A DNA stretch of 64,000 bases from an uncultured Nitrososphaerota archaeon (lineage in GTDB: Archaea; Korarchaeota; Korarchaeia; Korarchaeales; Korarchaeaceae). The stretch is from positions 1 through 64,000 of the forward strand of contig CAZQNA010000005.1 of the NCBI GenBank assembly GCA_964594835.1, in the 5' to 3' direction. A program made the translations under genes and the position numbers. Below, piece after piece: positions 28,949-38,845 of the stretch (its first letter is position 1; each line of letters opens with the position of its first letter). The notes below the pieces were generated by a model. The model saw nothing but the letters and a program-made list of their open reading frames with translations, was not told the origin of the DNA and searched no databases.

Positions 28949-30016
28949 GTGGGCTTTGGCCGGTACGTGGTGGTTAGGATCGTTAACGCCCTCATAGTCC
29001 TTATCATAGCAGTCTTCTTGGTGTCATTGATCTTCAACACGCAAGCTGAGCAGGAGCTGAAGGCGCTCATAGATCAGCAGCTCGCGTCCCAGATGGCGAG
29101 CCCGGAACTGCAGAAGGTCTTCGCTCAGAACGAGACCTACAGGAAGGTCTGGTACGAGTCTCACAAGAGGCAGCTCTATGAGCTGTACGGGCTGGACAAG
29201 CCCCTCATGGAGAGGGTAGTGTCGAGGGCTCTCCAACAGCTGAAGCTCGACATGGGAAAGTCCACGGCCATGAGATCGGTCACAGGTTCACGAGACGTCT
29301 CCAGGATAATTCTGGAGGCCCTGCCGAGAACGATACTCCTCTTCACTACGTCTACGATAATAATCACGATTATAGGTCTCATTCTCGGTCTTAAGGCGGC
29401 CCAGAGGGCTGGCAGCCTGCTTGACAAAGCCCTCTCCGTGTTCGCCCTGGTGACCTACAGCTTCCCCATGTGGTGGACCGGGATGCTCTTCATCATTCTC
29501 TTCTCCTACTACCTCGGTCTGTTCCCGTCGGGCGGGATGATGTCCATTCCGCCGCCGGAGGGCACGGTGAAGAAGTTGGCGGATCTCCTCTATCACATGA
29601 TCCTCCCCGTCTCGACGGCCGTCCTCGTCGGGTTCGGCGGCTGGGCGTACACCGCCAGGAGCGTTGTCCTCAGCCAGTTTCAGGAGGACTACGTGATGGC
29701 CGCGAGGGCTAAGGGGGTCCCCGAGAGGAAGGTTCTCTACAAGCATGTCCTGAGGGCGTCGGCGCCGCCGATCCTGACCATGATGATCTTCGGACTCCTG
29801 GGGTCGCTGGGTGGGGCGATGATATCGGAGATAGTGTTCAACTGGCCAGGGATGGGGCGGCTCTACTGGACCGCCTTGGTGGAGCACGATGTCCCCGTGC
29901 TCCTGGGGAACACCACTTTCAGCATATTCCTCTACTTGGCGGCCGTCGTGATAATGGACCTGATCTACGGGTTCTTGGATCCAAGGGTGAAGGTCGGAGC
30001 CCAGACTGTCGTCTGA
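28949..30016 (+). CDS. oppB: Oligopeptide ABC permease
   Basis: GLDKP, DYVMAARAKG and LDPRVK; GTG at 28949 after GAGGTGG. Confidence 0.92.
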   Translation: MGFGRYVVVRIVNALIVLIIAVFLVSLIFNTQAEQELKALIDQQLASQMASPELQKVFAQNETYRKVWYESHKRQLYELYGLDKPLMERVVSRALQQLKLDMGKSTAMRSVTGSRDVSRIILEALPRTILLFTTSTIIITIIGLILGLKAAQRAGSLLDKALSVFALVTYSFPMWWTGMLFIILFSYYLGLFPSGGMMSIPPPEGTVKKLADLLYHMILPVSTAVLVGFGGWAYTARSVVLSQFQEDYVMAARAKGVPERKVLYKHVLRASAPPILTMMIFGLLGSLGGAMISEIVFNWPGMGRLYWTALVEHDVPVLLGNTTFSIFLYLAAVVIMDLIYGFLDPRVKVGAQTVV

Positions 30017-30022
30017 GGGTGA

Positions 30023-31465
30023 ATGGAGATGCGTTGGAAGGATCTGATAGCCAGTCTATCTGACTTCTGGTTCGAGTTCAGGAGGGAGAAGTCGGGTCTA
30101 GTCGGGATGGGTCTCCTGATACTCTTCATACTAATGGCCATATTTGCCCCATTCATAGCCGATCCCGAGACGAGCAGGCACTGGAGAGACGTGACCTACT
30201 GGCAGGATCTGCCTAGGTCGGTCCCGCCCACTTGGGTCAACGTCTTTTCGGGGACAAAGCTAGCGCCGCATGAGATCTTGGCCCCACATGACAAGTCAGA
30301 GAGGGCCATGGGGAGCATTAGGGAGATATCCTTTACATTCACCTATAATTATGATTATGATAGACCACCAACAGATATAATGGTGTTAATATCTATTAAC
30401 TCAACGAATCCCACCAAGCCCCCAACGGTAGTAATATCTGTTGAGAGGCCCGATGGGGTCAAGATCGACCTCGTCAGCTCGAAGCTCTCCGGTGCGGCCA
30501 CGGCAGAGGGGGGGCGCCTGAGGCTCCTAGTGACCACCTTCTCGAGCGCCAGGGCGAATGTCGTGACCTTCGCTCGACAGTACGAGAGTCCGGAGAACCT
30601 TGAACTCGTTCACTATGAGCTGCTGGATCCGCTGGTCCCACTCTTTGCGAAGGCTCAGCCCGGAATGATGGTGGAGGACAAGGCAGAGCCGCTCAGGGGT
30701 ATCTACACCATAAAGGTCGTCTTCTACACGTTTAACCCGGAGGATCGGGTCAACGACGTCTCCATTATAATGGCCGGGAGGACGTACGGCCTCCTGGGCA
30801 CCGACGCGCTCAGGAGGGACCTCTTCGCCGGCCTGGTGTGGGGGACGAGGGTCTCTCTCGTGGTGGGCATCGTGTCCTCCGTGCTCACCACGATGGTGGG
30901 CGTCCTGTACGGGGTGGCCAGCGCTTACTTCGGGGGCTGGGCCGACGAGATCCTGCAGAGGATCGCCGAGATAGTAGCGTCTATCCCGGTCCTCCCGCTC
31001 CTGATCATAATCTTCGCCTTCTACAAGCCCTCCATCTGGCCGGTGATCGTGCTGATGGCCCTGATGTCGTGGCCCGGGACCAATAAGGTCGTCAGGAGCA
31101 TGGGGCTCCAGCTCAAGGAGATGCCCTACGTCGAGGCGGCCAGGGCCCTCGGGGCCGGAGGGAGGTGGATCATAGTCAGGCACATGATGCCCCAGATACT
31201 GCCGTACGTCTTCGCGTCTATAGCGCTGGGCGTGCCGGGCTACGTCCTGCTGGAGGCTGGCCTGTCTTTCCTGGGGCTGGGAGACGTCACCAGGGTGACC
31301 TGGGGTCAGATACTCCACGACGCCCAGGGCGCGGCCGCCACCATCAAGGGCATGTGGTGGTGGGTGGTCCCGCCGGGCCTGGCGATAGCGCTCATGGGCC
31401 TCTCGTTCGCCCTGCTGGGGTCGGCCCTCAACAAGATACTGAGCCCGAAGATGAGGACGTTGTGA
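30023..31465 (+). CDS. oppC: Oligopeptide ABC permease with large extracellular loop
   Basis: LLGTDALRRD, YVEAARALGA, LSFLGLG and WWWVVPPG. Confidence 0.92.
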   Translation: MEMRWKDLIASLSDFWFEFRREKSGLVGMGLLILFILMAIFAPFIADPETSRHWRDVTYWQDLPRSVPPTWVNVFSGTKLAPHEILAPHDKSERAMGSIREISFTFTYNYDYDRPPTDIMVLISINSTNPTKPPTVVISVERPDGVKIDLVSSKLSGAATAEGGRLRLLVTTFSSARANVVTFARQYESPENLELVHYELLDPLVPLFAKAQPGMMVEDKAEPLRGIYTIKVVFYTFNPEDRVNDVSIIMAGRTYGLLGTDALRRDLFAGLVWGTRVSLVVGIVSSVLTTMVGVLYGVASAYFGGWADEILQRIAEIVASIPVLPLLIIIFAFYKPSIWPVIVLMALMSWPGTNKVVRSMGLQLKEMPYVEAARALGAGGRWIIVRHMMPQILPYVFASIALGVPGYVLLEAGLSFLGLGDVTRVTWGQILHDAQGAAATIKGMWWWVVPPGLAIALMGLSFALLGSALNKILSPKMRTL

Positions 31466-31466
31466 G

Positions 31467-32438
31467 GTGTCCAGCATGCCCGTGTTGGAGGTCAGAAACC
31501 TGAAGGCATACTACCTGACCAGCAGGGGCCCGGTCAAGGCCGTGGACAACGTCTCCTTCAACCTGGAGAGGGGGGAGTCGATGGGCCTGGCCGGGGAGTC
31601 CGGCTGCGGAAAGAGCACCCTCGGCTTCGCCCTGATAAATCTCCTCCCGCCGCCGGGGAAGATCGTCGACGGGAGCATCAGGGTTGACGGGATAGAGGTC
31701 GTGGGAAAGCCGGATGAGGAGCTCAGGAGGGAGATACGCTGGAAGAAGATCTCGATGATATTCCAGGGGGCCATGAACGCCCTGAACCCGGTCCTCACGA
31801 TAGGGGATCAGCTGGCTGAGCCCCTGATATACCACCAGGGGATCTCCAAGGAGGAGGCCATAGACCGGGTCAAGGAGCACCTCGAGCTGGTAGGCCTGGA
31901 CCCCGACATCTACAGGAGGTACCCGCACGAGCTCAGCGGCGGCATGAAGCAGAGGGCGGTCATAGCAATGGCCCTCCTGGAACACCCCGACGTGATCATA
32001 GCGGACGAGCCGACCACGGCGCTGGATGTCATAGTGCAGGCCCAGATCCTCAACCTCCTCAAGTCTCTGAAGAAGAAGCTGAACCTGTCGATCATATTCA
32101 TCTCCCACGACCTGGCCGTCATCTCGGAGATCGCGGACAGGCTGGCCATAATGTACGCCGGGGAGATAGTCGAGATAGGTCCCTCGGAGAGCCTGTACCT
32201 GAACCCGAGGCACCCCTACACGCAGAAGCTGCTTGGAGCCATTCCGAGGCTCAAGAAGAAGGTTGAGAGGCTCGAGTTCATCCCGGGCGCCCCACCGAAC
32301 CTAATCAGCCCACCCAAAGGCTGCAGGTTCCACCCGCGCTGCCCGTACAGGTTCGAGCCCTGCGACAGGGAGGAGCCCCCGCTCGTGGAGGTGGAGCCGG
32401 GCCACTACGTGCGGTGCCACCTGTTCGCCAAGAGGTGA
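31467..32438 (+). CDS. oppD: Oligopeptide ABC ATPase
   Basis: GESGCGKS, LSGGMKQR and IADEPTT. Confidence 0.93.
   Translation: MSSMPVLEVRNLKAYYLTSRGPVKAVDNVSFNLERGESMGLAGESGCGKSTLGFALINLLPPPGKIVDGSIRVDGIEVVGKPDEELRREIRWKKISMIFQGAMNALNPVLTIGDQLAEPLIYHQGISKEEAIDRVKEHLELVGLDPDIYRRYPHELSGGMKQRAVIAMALLEHPDVIIADEPTTALDVIVQAQILNLLKSLKKKLNLSIIFISHDLAVISEIADRLAIMYAGEIVEIGPSESLYLNPRHPYTQKLLGAIPRLKKKVERLEFIPGAPPNLISPPKGCRFHPRCPYRFEPCDREEPPLVEVEPGHYVRCHLFAKR
32319..32406 (+). repeat. 88-bp exact direct repeat, copy A (copy B at 33327-33414; near copy at about 25005-25095)
   Basis: Identical DNA encoding [29 protein letters not shown]. Confidence 0.9.
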
Positions 32439-32444
32439 TCGCCG

Positions 32445-33446
32445 ATGGCCGAGGTCGTGGTGAGGGTAGAGAACCTGAAGAAGTACTTCCCGCTCAGGAG
32501 ATCCGTAGTCGAGTTCTTCAAGGGGCTCCCCCCGAGGAGCGTCAAGGCCGTGGACGACGTTTCCTTCGAGATACACAAGGGCGAGGTCTTCGCCCTCGCC
32601 GGAGAGTCCGGCTGCGGGAAGACGACCACAGGGAGGCTGATAGTGAAGCTCCTGGAGCCCACCTCCGGCAGGATCTACTTCAACGGGACAGACATCACGA
32701 GCCTGAGCAGGGAGGAGGAGAAGGAGTACAGGAGGAAGGTTCAGATAATATTCCAGGACCCGTACGGCTCGCTCAACCCGAGGTTCAGGGTCTACAACAT
32801 ACTCGAGGAGCCGCTCGTCCTGCAGGGGATAGGGGACACGAAGGCGGAGAGGGAGGAGCTGATAATAAGGGCCCTCGAGAGCGTGAGGATGGTCCCGCCG
32901 GAGGAGTTCCTCGGCAGGTTCCCCCACCAGCTCTCCGGCGGCCAGAGGCAGAGGGTCGCCATAGCCCGGGCGCTCATACTCAACCCGGAGTTCATCGTGG
33001 CCGACGAGCCGGTGTCGATGCTCGACCTCTCCATAAGGGCCGAGATCCTGAACCTAATGGAGGACGTCAAGAGGAGGTTCGGCCTGACCTACCTGTACAT
33101 CACGCACGACCTGTCCACGGCCCGCTACTTCTCGGACAGGATCGCCATAATGTACCTCGGCAAGATAGTAGAGCTGGCGGACTCCGATACGATCGTCGAG
33201 AACCCGCTGCACCCCTACACCAAGGCTCTCATAGCGGCCGTCCCAGAGCCGGAGCCCAGCATGAAGGACGTAATCAAGGAGATCCCGATCAAGGGCGAGG
33301 TCCCGAGCGCAGCGAACATCCCGCCCGGCTGCAGGTTCCACCCGCGCTGCCCGTACAGGTTCGAGCCCTGCGACAGGGAGGAGCCCCCGCTCGTGGAGGT
33401 GGAGCCGGGCCACTGGGTCGCGTGCCACCTCTACGCCAAGAGGTGA
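32445..33446 (+). CDS. oppF: Oligopeptide ABC ATPase
   Basis: [16 protein letters not shown] and ADEPVSMLD. Confidence 0.93.
   Translation: MAEVVVRVENLKKYFPLRRSVVEFFKGLPPRSVKAVDDVSFEIHKGEVFALAGESGCGKTTTGRLIVKLLEPTSGRIYFNGTDITSLSREEEKEYRRKVQIIFQDPYGSLNPRFRVYNILEEPLVLQGIGDTKAEREELIIRALESVRMVPPEEFLGRFPHQLSGGQRQRVAIARALILNPEFIVADEPVSMLDLSIRAEILNLMEDVKRRFGLTYLYITHDLSTARYFSDRIAIMYLGKIVELADSDTIVENPLHPYTKALIAAVPEPEPSMKDVIKEIPIKGEVPSAANIPPGCRFHPRCPYRFEPCDREEPPLVEVEPGHWVACHLYAKR
33327..33414 (+). repeat. 88-bp exact direct repeat, copy B
   Basis: Identical to 32319-32406. Confidence 0.9.
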
Positions 33447-33728
33447 GTGGGGGGCTTGAGCGACCTCGCAGCCCCCTTTTCCTCCCCCCTCAGTCGGGCG
33501 CTCTCGGAACCGCCGCCCATCGAGGCGCTGGCCCCAAAGGCCCTCAGACTCACCCTCCTGGGCCTCGTCTTCCTTTCAATCGCCCTCGCCCTGTCCTTTG
33601 CGATGGTGATGGACTGGAAGACCCCCGACCTGCCGAGCGTCATGCTGGCGTTCGTGGCCGCCATAGCCGGCACGGTATTGAGCTACCTCGGGCTGTACAC
33701 CATGTTCGCGCGGCCCAGGCGCGCGTGA
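33447..33728 (+). CDS. Small two-TM membrane protein
   Basis: Two hydrophobic helices; directly follows oppF. Confidence 0.55.
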   Translation: MGGLSDLAAPFSSPLSRALSEPPPIEALAPKALRLTLLGLVFLSIALALSFAMVMDWKTPDLPSVMLAFVAAIAGTVLSYLGLYTMFARPRRA

Positions 33729-33745
33729 CGGGCCCCTCGTCGATA

Positions 33746-34564
33746 TCAGAGGGCTTCCTCCTTCTTCTCCCTGGCCCGAACTATCCTCTCCGTGACCTTT
33801 GATGGAAGCGCCACATCCTCGGCCCTCATCTCCGTCGGCCTCAGGACCACCAGGCCCTTCCCATCCTCCACGGTCACCTCGTACATCCTCAGGTCGTGGG
33901 CCGTCTGCCTCATCTTCTCCACCATGACGTACCTCCTGAGGAGGCCGCCCCTGACGAACCGGCGGAACCTGATGATCCCGTCTGCCACGTGCTCTATGCC
34001 CCAGCCGAAGGCCTCGGAGGTAGTGACGGCATACTGGCTGACCGCTAGGACCGTGAAGTCCCACCTGGAGAGGACCTTCTTCACGTAGTAGCTGTACTTC
34101 CTCGCCATGGCCGGCTTGTCGAGCCAGAAGGCGCTCATGCTGTCTATCACAAGCCTCCCCCGCCCGTAACCCAGGGTCTTCTTGGCCTTCAGAACGATCT
34201 CCACTAGGTCTTCAGGGTTGAGGGAGCGCAGGGACCACTGATCGCTCGCCCTGCCGAGCAGGGCGTCTATCACGACGGCCCTTCCCTCCTCCACGGCCCC
34301 CCTCAGGTCCATGCCGAACTGCTCAGCTTGGCTGAGTATCGACTCCCTGCTCTCCTCCGTTGTGACGTACACGACCCTGTCTCCCTCCTTCACCCCCTCC
34401 CAGGCGAAGTGGAGGCAAAAGATCGTCTTCCCAGTTCCGGGCTCCCCGGTTACGGCCACCAAGAACCCCCTCGGGATCCCCCCGCGGAGCATCGCGTCGA
34501 TGCCCGGCACGCCCGTCCGCAGCCTCTCTACGGCCACCGCGGCTCTAGCGCCGGTGACCATCAT
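33746..34564 (-). CDS. Archaeal KaiC-like RecA-superfamily ATPase (single domain)
   Basis: TGVPGID, GEPGTGKT, TTEES, IDSMSAFWLDKP, EHVADGII and EKMRQT. Confidence 0.9.
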   Translation of the reverse strand: MMVTGARAAVAVERLRTGVPGIDAMLRGGIPRGFLVAVTGEPGTGKTIFCLHFAWEGVKEGDRVVYVTTEESRESILSQAEQFGMDLRGAVEEGRAVVIDALLGRASDQWSLRSLNPEDLVEIVLKAKKTLGYGRGRLVIDSMSAFWLDKPAMARKYSYYVKKVLSRWDFTVLAVSQYAVTTSEAFGWGIEHVADGIIRFRRFVRGGLLRRYVMVEKMRQTAHDLRMYEVTVEDGKGLVVLRPTEMRAEDVALPSKVTERIVRAREKKEEAL

Positions 34565-34606
34565 AAAGGGCGCGCTTTATTGTTTCGCGCCCGCCGGTCT
34601 CTGAGA

Positions 34607-35044
34607 ATGAGGAGGCTCAGTCTCGAGGAGGCCGGGAGGTTTCACGGCCACCTGGGGCCGTACCTGGCCCTCGGATACCTCGCGGGCGAGATGGCCGTCG
34701 AGGAACTCGAGCCCCAGTCGGAGTTGGACCTGTTCGCCTCCGTTAGGCTCCCCCTGAAGAGGCCAGAGACGTGCTTCGTGGACGGGGTCCAGTGCTCGAC
34801 CCGCTGCACGCTCGGCAAGCTCAACATAGAGGTGATCGAATTGCAGACCGGGATCTCCGCGAGGTTCCTGAACGTCAAGACCGGTCGGGAGCTGGAGGTG
34901 AGGGTGAGGGGAGAGGTTCTCCAGGCCCTCGGGTCCATGGAGGGACGGCTGGAGGATGCGGTGAAATGGCTCCTCTCCCGCCCTCGGGAGGCGATCTTCC
35001 AGGCGTCCGTCCGCGATGCGGGGGGAGGAACCGGGCCGGGCTAG
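34607..35044 (+). CDS. FmdE-family protein
   Basis: FHGHLGPYLALG and CFVDGVQCSTRCTLGK; ATG at 34607. Confidence 0.85.
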   Translation: MRRLSLEEAGRFHGHLGPYLALGYLAGEMAVEELEPQSELDLFASVRLPLKRPETCFVDGVQCSTRCTLGKLNIEVIELQTGISARFLNVKTGRELEVRVRGEVLQALGSMEGRLEDAVKWLLSRPREAIFQASVRDAGGGTGPG

Positions 35045-35589
35045 ACCCGGTCTGCCCCGGACGAGAGGCGGTCTATGGTCAGGAGGATCCCCAGCGCGGT
35101 CTTCAGGTCCCTGATCTCACCGTCGAGGACCATCCTGACGGCCTCATCGAGGGGGATCCTGACGACCTGGATGAACTCGTCCTCCTCCACCTCCTGCTTC
35201 GACTCCCCCAGCTCGGTCGCCAGGAATATGGCCAGCCTCTCGCTCCCGTACCCCGGCACCGGGTATCCCTCGAAGAGCTTGGTCAACCTTCCCGCCACGA
35301 GCCCGGTCTCCTCCCGCAGCTCCCTGAGGGCGCACTCCTCAAGGCTCTCTCCACCCTCCCGGGTTCCGGCCGGGATCTCCAGCAGCTCCTCACCGACGGC
35401 GTACCTCCACTGCCTTACCAGGTACACGGAGTCTCCCCGAACTGGGACCACGGCGGCCGCCCCCGGGTGCTCGACGAGGGGCCTCTCCCGCCGACCTCGC
35501 CGGGTATCGATCAGGACCCTCCTGACCCGGATGGGCCACATGGAGAAGTCCGCCGGGGGGCTGGCCGTCCCCGACCCTGGGTCTGTCAT
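35041..35589 (-). CDS. NUDIX hydrolase (ADP-ribose pyrophosphatase-like)
   Basis: Nudix box AGTREGGESLEECALRELREETG; RQWRY. Confidence 0.9.
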   Translation of the reverse strand: MTDPGSGTASPPADFSMWPIRVRRVLIDTRRGRRERPLVEHPGAAAVVPVRGDSVYLVRQWRYAVGEELLEIPAGTREGGESLEECALRELREETGLVAGRLTKLFEGYPVPGYGSERLAIFLATELGESKQEVEEDEFIQVVRIPLDEAVRMVLDGEIRDLKTALGILLTIDRLSSGADRV

Positions 35590-36959
35590 CTCGACATGAC
35601 CCCCCTCACGATCCTCAGGGCCTCCCTGAGCATCTCCTCCGCCTCCTCGGCCCCCTTGGCCTCAGCCGTCACCCTGATCAGGGGCTGAGTGTTTGACGCC
35701 CTTATCAGGACCCACGAGTCTCCGAACCACGCCTTCACCCCGTCGAGCCAGCTCAACCTGTCGGCCCTGCCGGCGAGCTCCGCCGCCGCTGCCTCCACTA
35801 CCTCGGCCTTCCTCTCGTCAGGGCAATCGACCGCCGCCGAGACCATGCTGTAGGACGGGAGGGAATCCACCAGCCTCGAGAGGGGCCCTACCCTGTCAAC
35901 GACCTCGGCCATCCTCAGGGCGGCGAACGTGGCGTCGTCCATGCAGCCGAGCTCCGGAAAGTACAGGTGACCGCTCCTCTCTCCCCCTAGCACCGCGCCA
36001 ACCTCCTCCATCTTGGCCTTCACGAAGGCGCTGCCGACCCTGACCTCCACGGGGATGCCGCCCAGCCTCGACACGACCTCCCTGACGACCGAAGACGAGG
36101 AGACGTCGAAGACGACGGCCCCGCCCGGGTGGTCCCCCAGGTAGAGCATGCTGAGGATAGCCAGCGCCTGATCCCCGGTCAGGATCCTGCCCGCGTCGTC
36201 CACGTACGCCGACCTGTCACCATCCCCGTCGAACGCCACGCCGAAGTCGAACCCCCCCTCGACGACCTCCTCGACCAGCTGGCCGAGGTGCTCGGGAAGT
36301 GGCTCAGGCGGGTGCGACGGGAACCTCCCGTCGATCTCCCCGTTGAGCGTCTTCACCGCGCAACCGACGGCCCTCAGCGCCTCCGGAGCCGTGAGGGAGG
36401 CAACGCCGTTGGACGCGTCGACGACCACGGACCTCCTCCGATCCAGGGAAGCAAGCCCCGTCACCTCGGCCAGGTAATCCTCCAAGACATCGACCTCCCT
36501 CCTCGCGCCAGCCCCCCGAGATCCAGGCTGGGTCCACCCGGCGCCGAGAGCTAGCTCCTCGATGCGCTCGAGTCCGAAGCCACGAGATATGGGCCTCGCG
36601 CCCGGCCCCACCAGCTTGAACCCGTTCCACTCGGGTGGGTTGTGGCTCGCGGTCACCATGACCCCGCCCCGCGCGTCCAGCCGCCTTACGGCCCAGTAGA
36701 GGACCGGCGTCGGCGTCAGTCCAGCGTCGAGGACGTCCAGGCCCGAGTCCAGCAGGCCCCTCACGACCTCCGCCGACAGGGAGGGGGAGGAGAGCCTCCC
36801 GTCCCGGGCGACGACCACGTCTCCCGACCCCAGGTATCCCCCCAGGGCGAGCCCCAGCCTGTAGGCCCCGCCCTCGTCGAGGTCCCTCCCGTAGACCCCC
36901 CTGACGTCGTACTCGCGGAAGCAGGTCCTCGAGAGGAGCCCCCCGGCCTCACCTCCCAT
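35586..36959 (-). CDS. Phosphomannomutase/phosphoglucomutase
   Basis: YDVRG, TASHNP, FDGDGDR, GERSGH and RASNTQP. Confidence 0.93.
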   Translation of the reverse strand: MGGEAGGLLSRTCFREYDVRGVYGRDLDEGGAYRLGLALGGYLGSGDVVVARDGRLSSPSLSAEVVRGLLDSGLDVLDAGLTPTPVLYWAVRRLDARGGVMVTASHNPPEWNGFKLVGPGARPISRGFGLERIEELALGAGWTQPGSRGAGARREVDVLEDYLAEVTGLASLDRRRSVVVDASNGVASLTAPEALRAVGCAVKTLNGEIDGRFPSHPPEPLPEHLGQLVEEVVEGGFDFGVAFDGDGDRSAYVDDAGRILTGDQALAILSMLYLGDHPGGAVVFDVSSSSVVREVVSRLGGIPVEVRVGSAFVKAKMEEVGAVLGGERSGHLYFPELGCMDDATFAALRMAEVVDRVGPLSRLVDSLPSYSMVSAAVDCPDERKAEVVEAAAAELAGRADRLSWLDGVKAWFGDSWVLIRASNTQPLIRVTAEAKGAEEAEEMLREALRIVRGVMSR

Positions 36960-37722
36960 ACCGCCTCTGCCTCCTCTGGAAGTCCCTGATGGCCCTCAGG
37001 AAGTCGACCTTCCTAAGCGCGGGGAGGTAGGCCTCCATGAAGTAGAGCTCGGAGTAGGCGGAGTGCCAGAGGAGGAAGTTGCTGATCCTCTCCTCGCCCG
37101 AGGTCCTGATGATCAGGTCGGGGTCCGGGATGTCAGGGAGGTAGAGGAACCTCTTGAACGTCTCCTCGTCGATTTCGTCGGGGTTCAGCCGGCCCTCCCT
37201 GGCCCTCCTCGCTATCTCCCTCACGGCGTCGATGATCTCCGCCCTGCCCCCGTAGGCCAGGGCCACGTTGACGGTCCTCTCTCCAAAGTCCCTCGTGGCC
37301 TCCTCCAGTCTCTCGGCGGCCTCGCGGAGTTCTCGGGGGAGGAGGTCCAGCCTGCCGATGAACCTGACCCTGACCCCCCTCCTCCTGAGGTCTTCCAGCT
37401 CCCTCGAGAGCCTCTCTATCTCGTCTCCGATCACCCCGAGGATGGCCCTGACCTGCTCCGGAGGCCTCGAGAAGTTCTCCGTGGAGAACGCGAAGAGGGT
37501 GACGTGCTTGACCCCCACCTCGTCGCACCACTCCAGTATCTCCCTAACCTTGGCCGCCCCGAGCCTGTACCCGTCCTCCACCCTTAGCCCGGCCGCCCTG
37601 GCGAACCTCCGGTTTCCGTCCAGGATTATCCCTATGTGCTCAGGGACGGAGCCCTCCCTGACCTTCCGGGAGAGGTACCTCTCGTAAACTGGTATCTGGA
37701 CCCTTCCCAGCAGGGAGTACAC
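36949..37722 (-). CDS. uppS: cis-prenyltransferase (polyprenyl diphosphate synthase)
   Basis: DGNRR, FSTENF, YGGR and RTSGEERISNF. Confidence 0.95.
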   Translation of the reverse strand: MYSLLGRVQIPVYERYLSRKVREGSVPEHIGIILDGNRRFARAAGLRVEDGYRLGAAKVREILEWCDEVGVKHVTLFAFSTENFSRPPEQVRAILGVIGDEIERLSRELEDLRRRGVRVRFIGRLDLLPRELREAAERLEEATRDFGERTVNVALAYGGRAEIIDAVREIARRAREGRLNPDEIDEETFKRFLYLPDIPDPDLIIRTSGEERISNFLLWHSAYSELYFMEAYLPALRKVDFLRAIRDFQRRQRRYGR

Positions 37723-37790
37723 CAGGTCGCCCAGCCTGACCGCCAGCGACCTCTCCCTGCCAGCCGCCGTGGGGCCTCACCCCCGATGGC

Positions 37791-38723
37791 CTACAGCCTC
37801 CCAAGCACCTCCTCGAGCTGCTCTCCAGGTACCTCAAACTCCACCATGGTCACGCCGTCCCCAGAGTACGATCCGGAGGAGGTCAGGTTGACGCCTTGAA
37901 GCGAGGTCAGGTTCGACGCGGCGAGCCTGAGAGCGTCGGGATCCAGCTCGGACATGCCCTCGGCCACCGCCGACACGCGCAGGAAGAACCTGTCTCCGCC
38001 CTCCTCCACTCCCAGGGCTATTACGACCTTCCTGGCCCCGAGCCTCAGGGAGGATCCGCTCCCCACCACGACCTTCAGGGTCCTGAGGCCGGACGAGGCC
38101 AGCGCGAAGGCCTTCTTGACCCCCTCGTCTCCGAACATCCTCTCGTCCTCGGGCAGCGCCAGGAGAGACTCTAGGGCCGCCTTCGCCCTCTTGGGCTGGC
38201 CCCACACCAAGATCATCAGCTCATCCCTGAACGCGGCGAGAGAGGCGTAATCCCTGTCCCTCCTGCCGTCGGGTGTCCGGCCAACCGCGAAGAAGACCGT
38301 GAAGCCCGAGTCCCTGTACCTAAGCGTGCCGCTCACAGCCATCGCCTTGTAGAGGCGGACGGCGCTCCGGTTCTCGAGGATGTAGACGGCCGCCCTGGTC
38401 GGGATTGGAGAGTCGCAGTCCGCGAGGCAGCCGTCAGGTGGCAGGACGAGTACCCTCACGTCTTTCGGTGAGAGCGAGGCGCTCCTGACCCCCAGCAGTT
38501 GGATGGTGGATCCTCCGAGGTGCTCGGCGAGCCTGGGCACTTCGGCCCACTCCCCGAGGCAGAGAGCGGTGGTCGGGTCCCAGCTGGTCGGCACGACGTC
38601 CATCCAGGGTTGTGGCTTGAACTCGAACTCCACGGTCCGCCCGCGCCTGAGCCTGGGGTAGATCAGCGCTGCGGAGGCGACGGCAACCGCGATCAGGGCC
38701 AGGGCCGCGACTCTCCTCGGCAT
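37791..38723 (-). CDS. Hypothetical membrane-anchored/secreted protein
   Basis: N-terminal hydrophobic helix after the ATG at 38723; no recognised motif. Confidence 0.55.
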   Translation of the reverse strand: MPRRVAALALIAVAVASAALIYPRLRRGRTVEFEFKPQPWMDVVPTSWDPTTALCLGEWAEVPRLAEHLGGSTIQLLGVRSASLSPKDVRVLVLPPDGCLADCDSPIPTRAAVYILENRSAVRLYKAMAVSGTLRYRDSGFTVFFAVGRTPDGRRDRDYASLAAFRDELMILVWGQPKRAKAALESLLALPEDERMFGDEGVKKAFALASSGLRTLKVVVGSGSSLRLGARKVVIALGVEEGGDRFFLRVSAVAEGMSELDPDALRLAASNLTSLQGVNLTSSGSYSGDGVTMVEFEVPGEQLEEVLGRL

Positions 38724-38845
38724 GCTCAGGCGAGAGCCGCCTCGGGGATTATTTAAGGAAGATTTTGCGTTCTCCGTGCGCCGCTTTGGGGTCATTCTTT
38801 TCGTTCAAAGTATTTATCCCGGGCACGCGAGGTCCCCCGAGAAGC

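Noticed and set aside
32414-33802. 462-aa alternate-frame ORF
   Set aside because: R/G/P-rich off-frame reading of oppF; stops are scarce at this GC content.
33746-34564. KaiC-like gene as a circadian clock
   Set aside because: Single-domain archaeal KaiC family; no kaiA or kaiB nearby.
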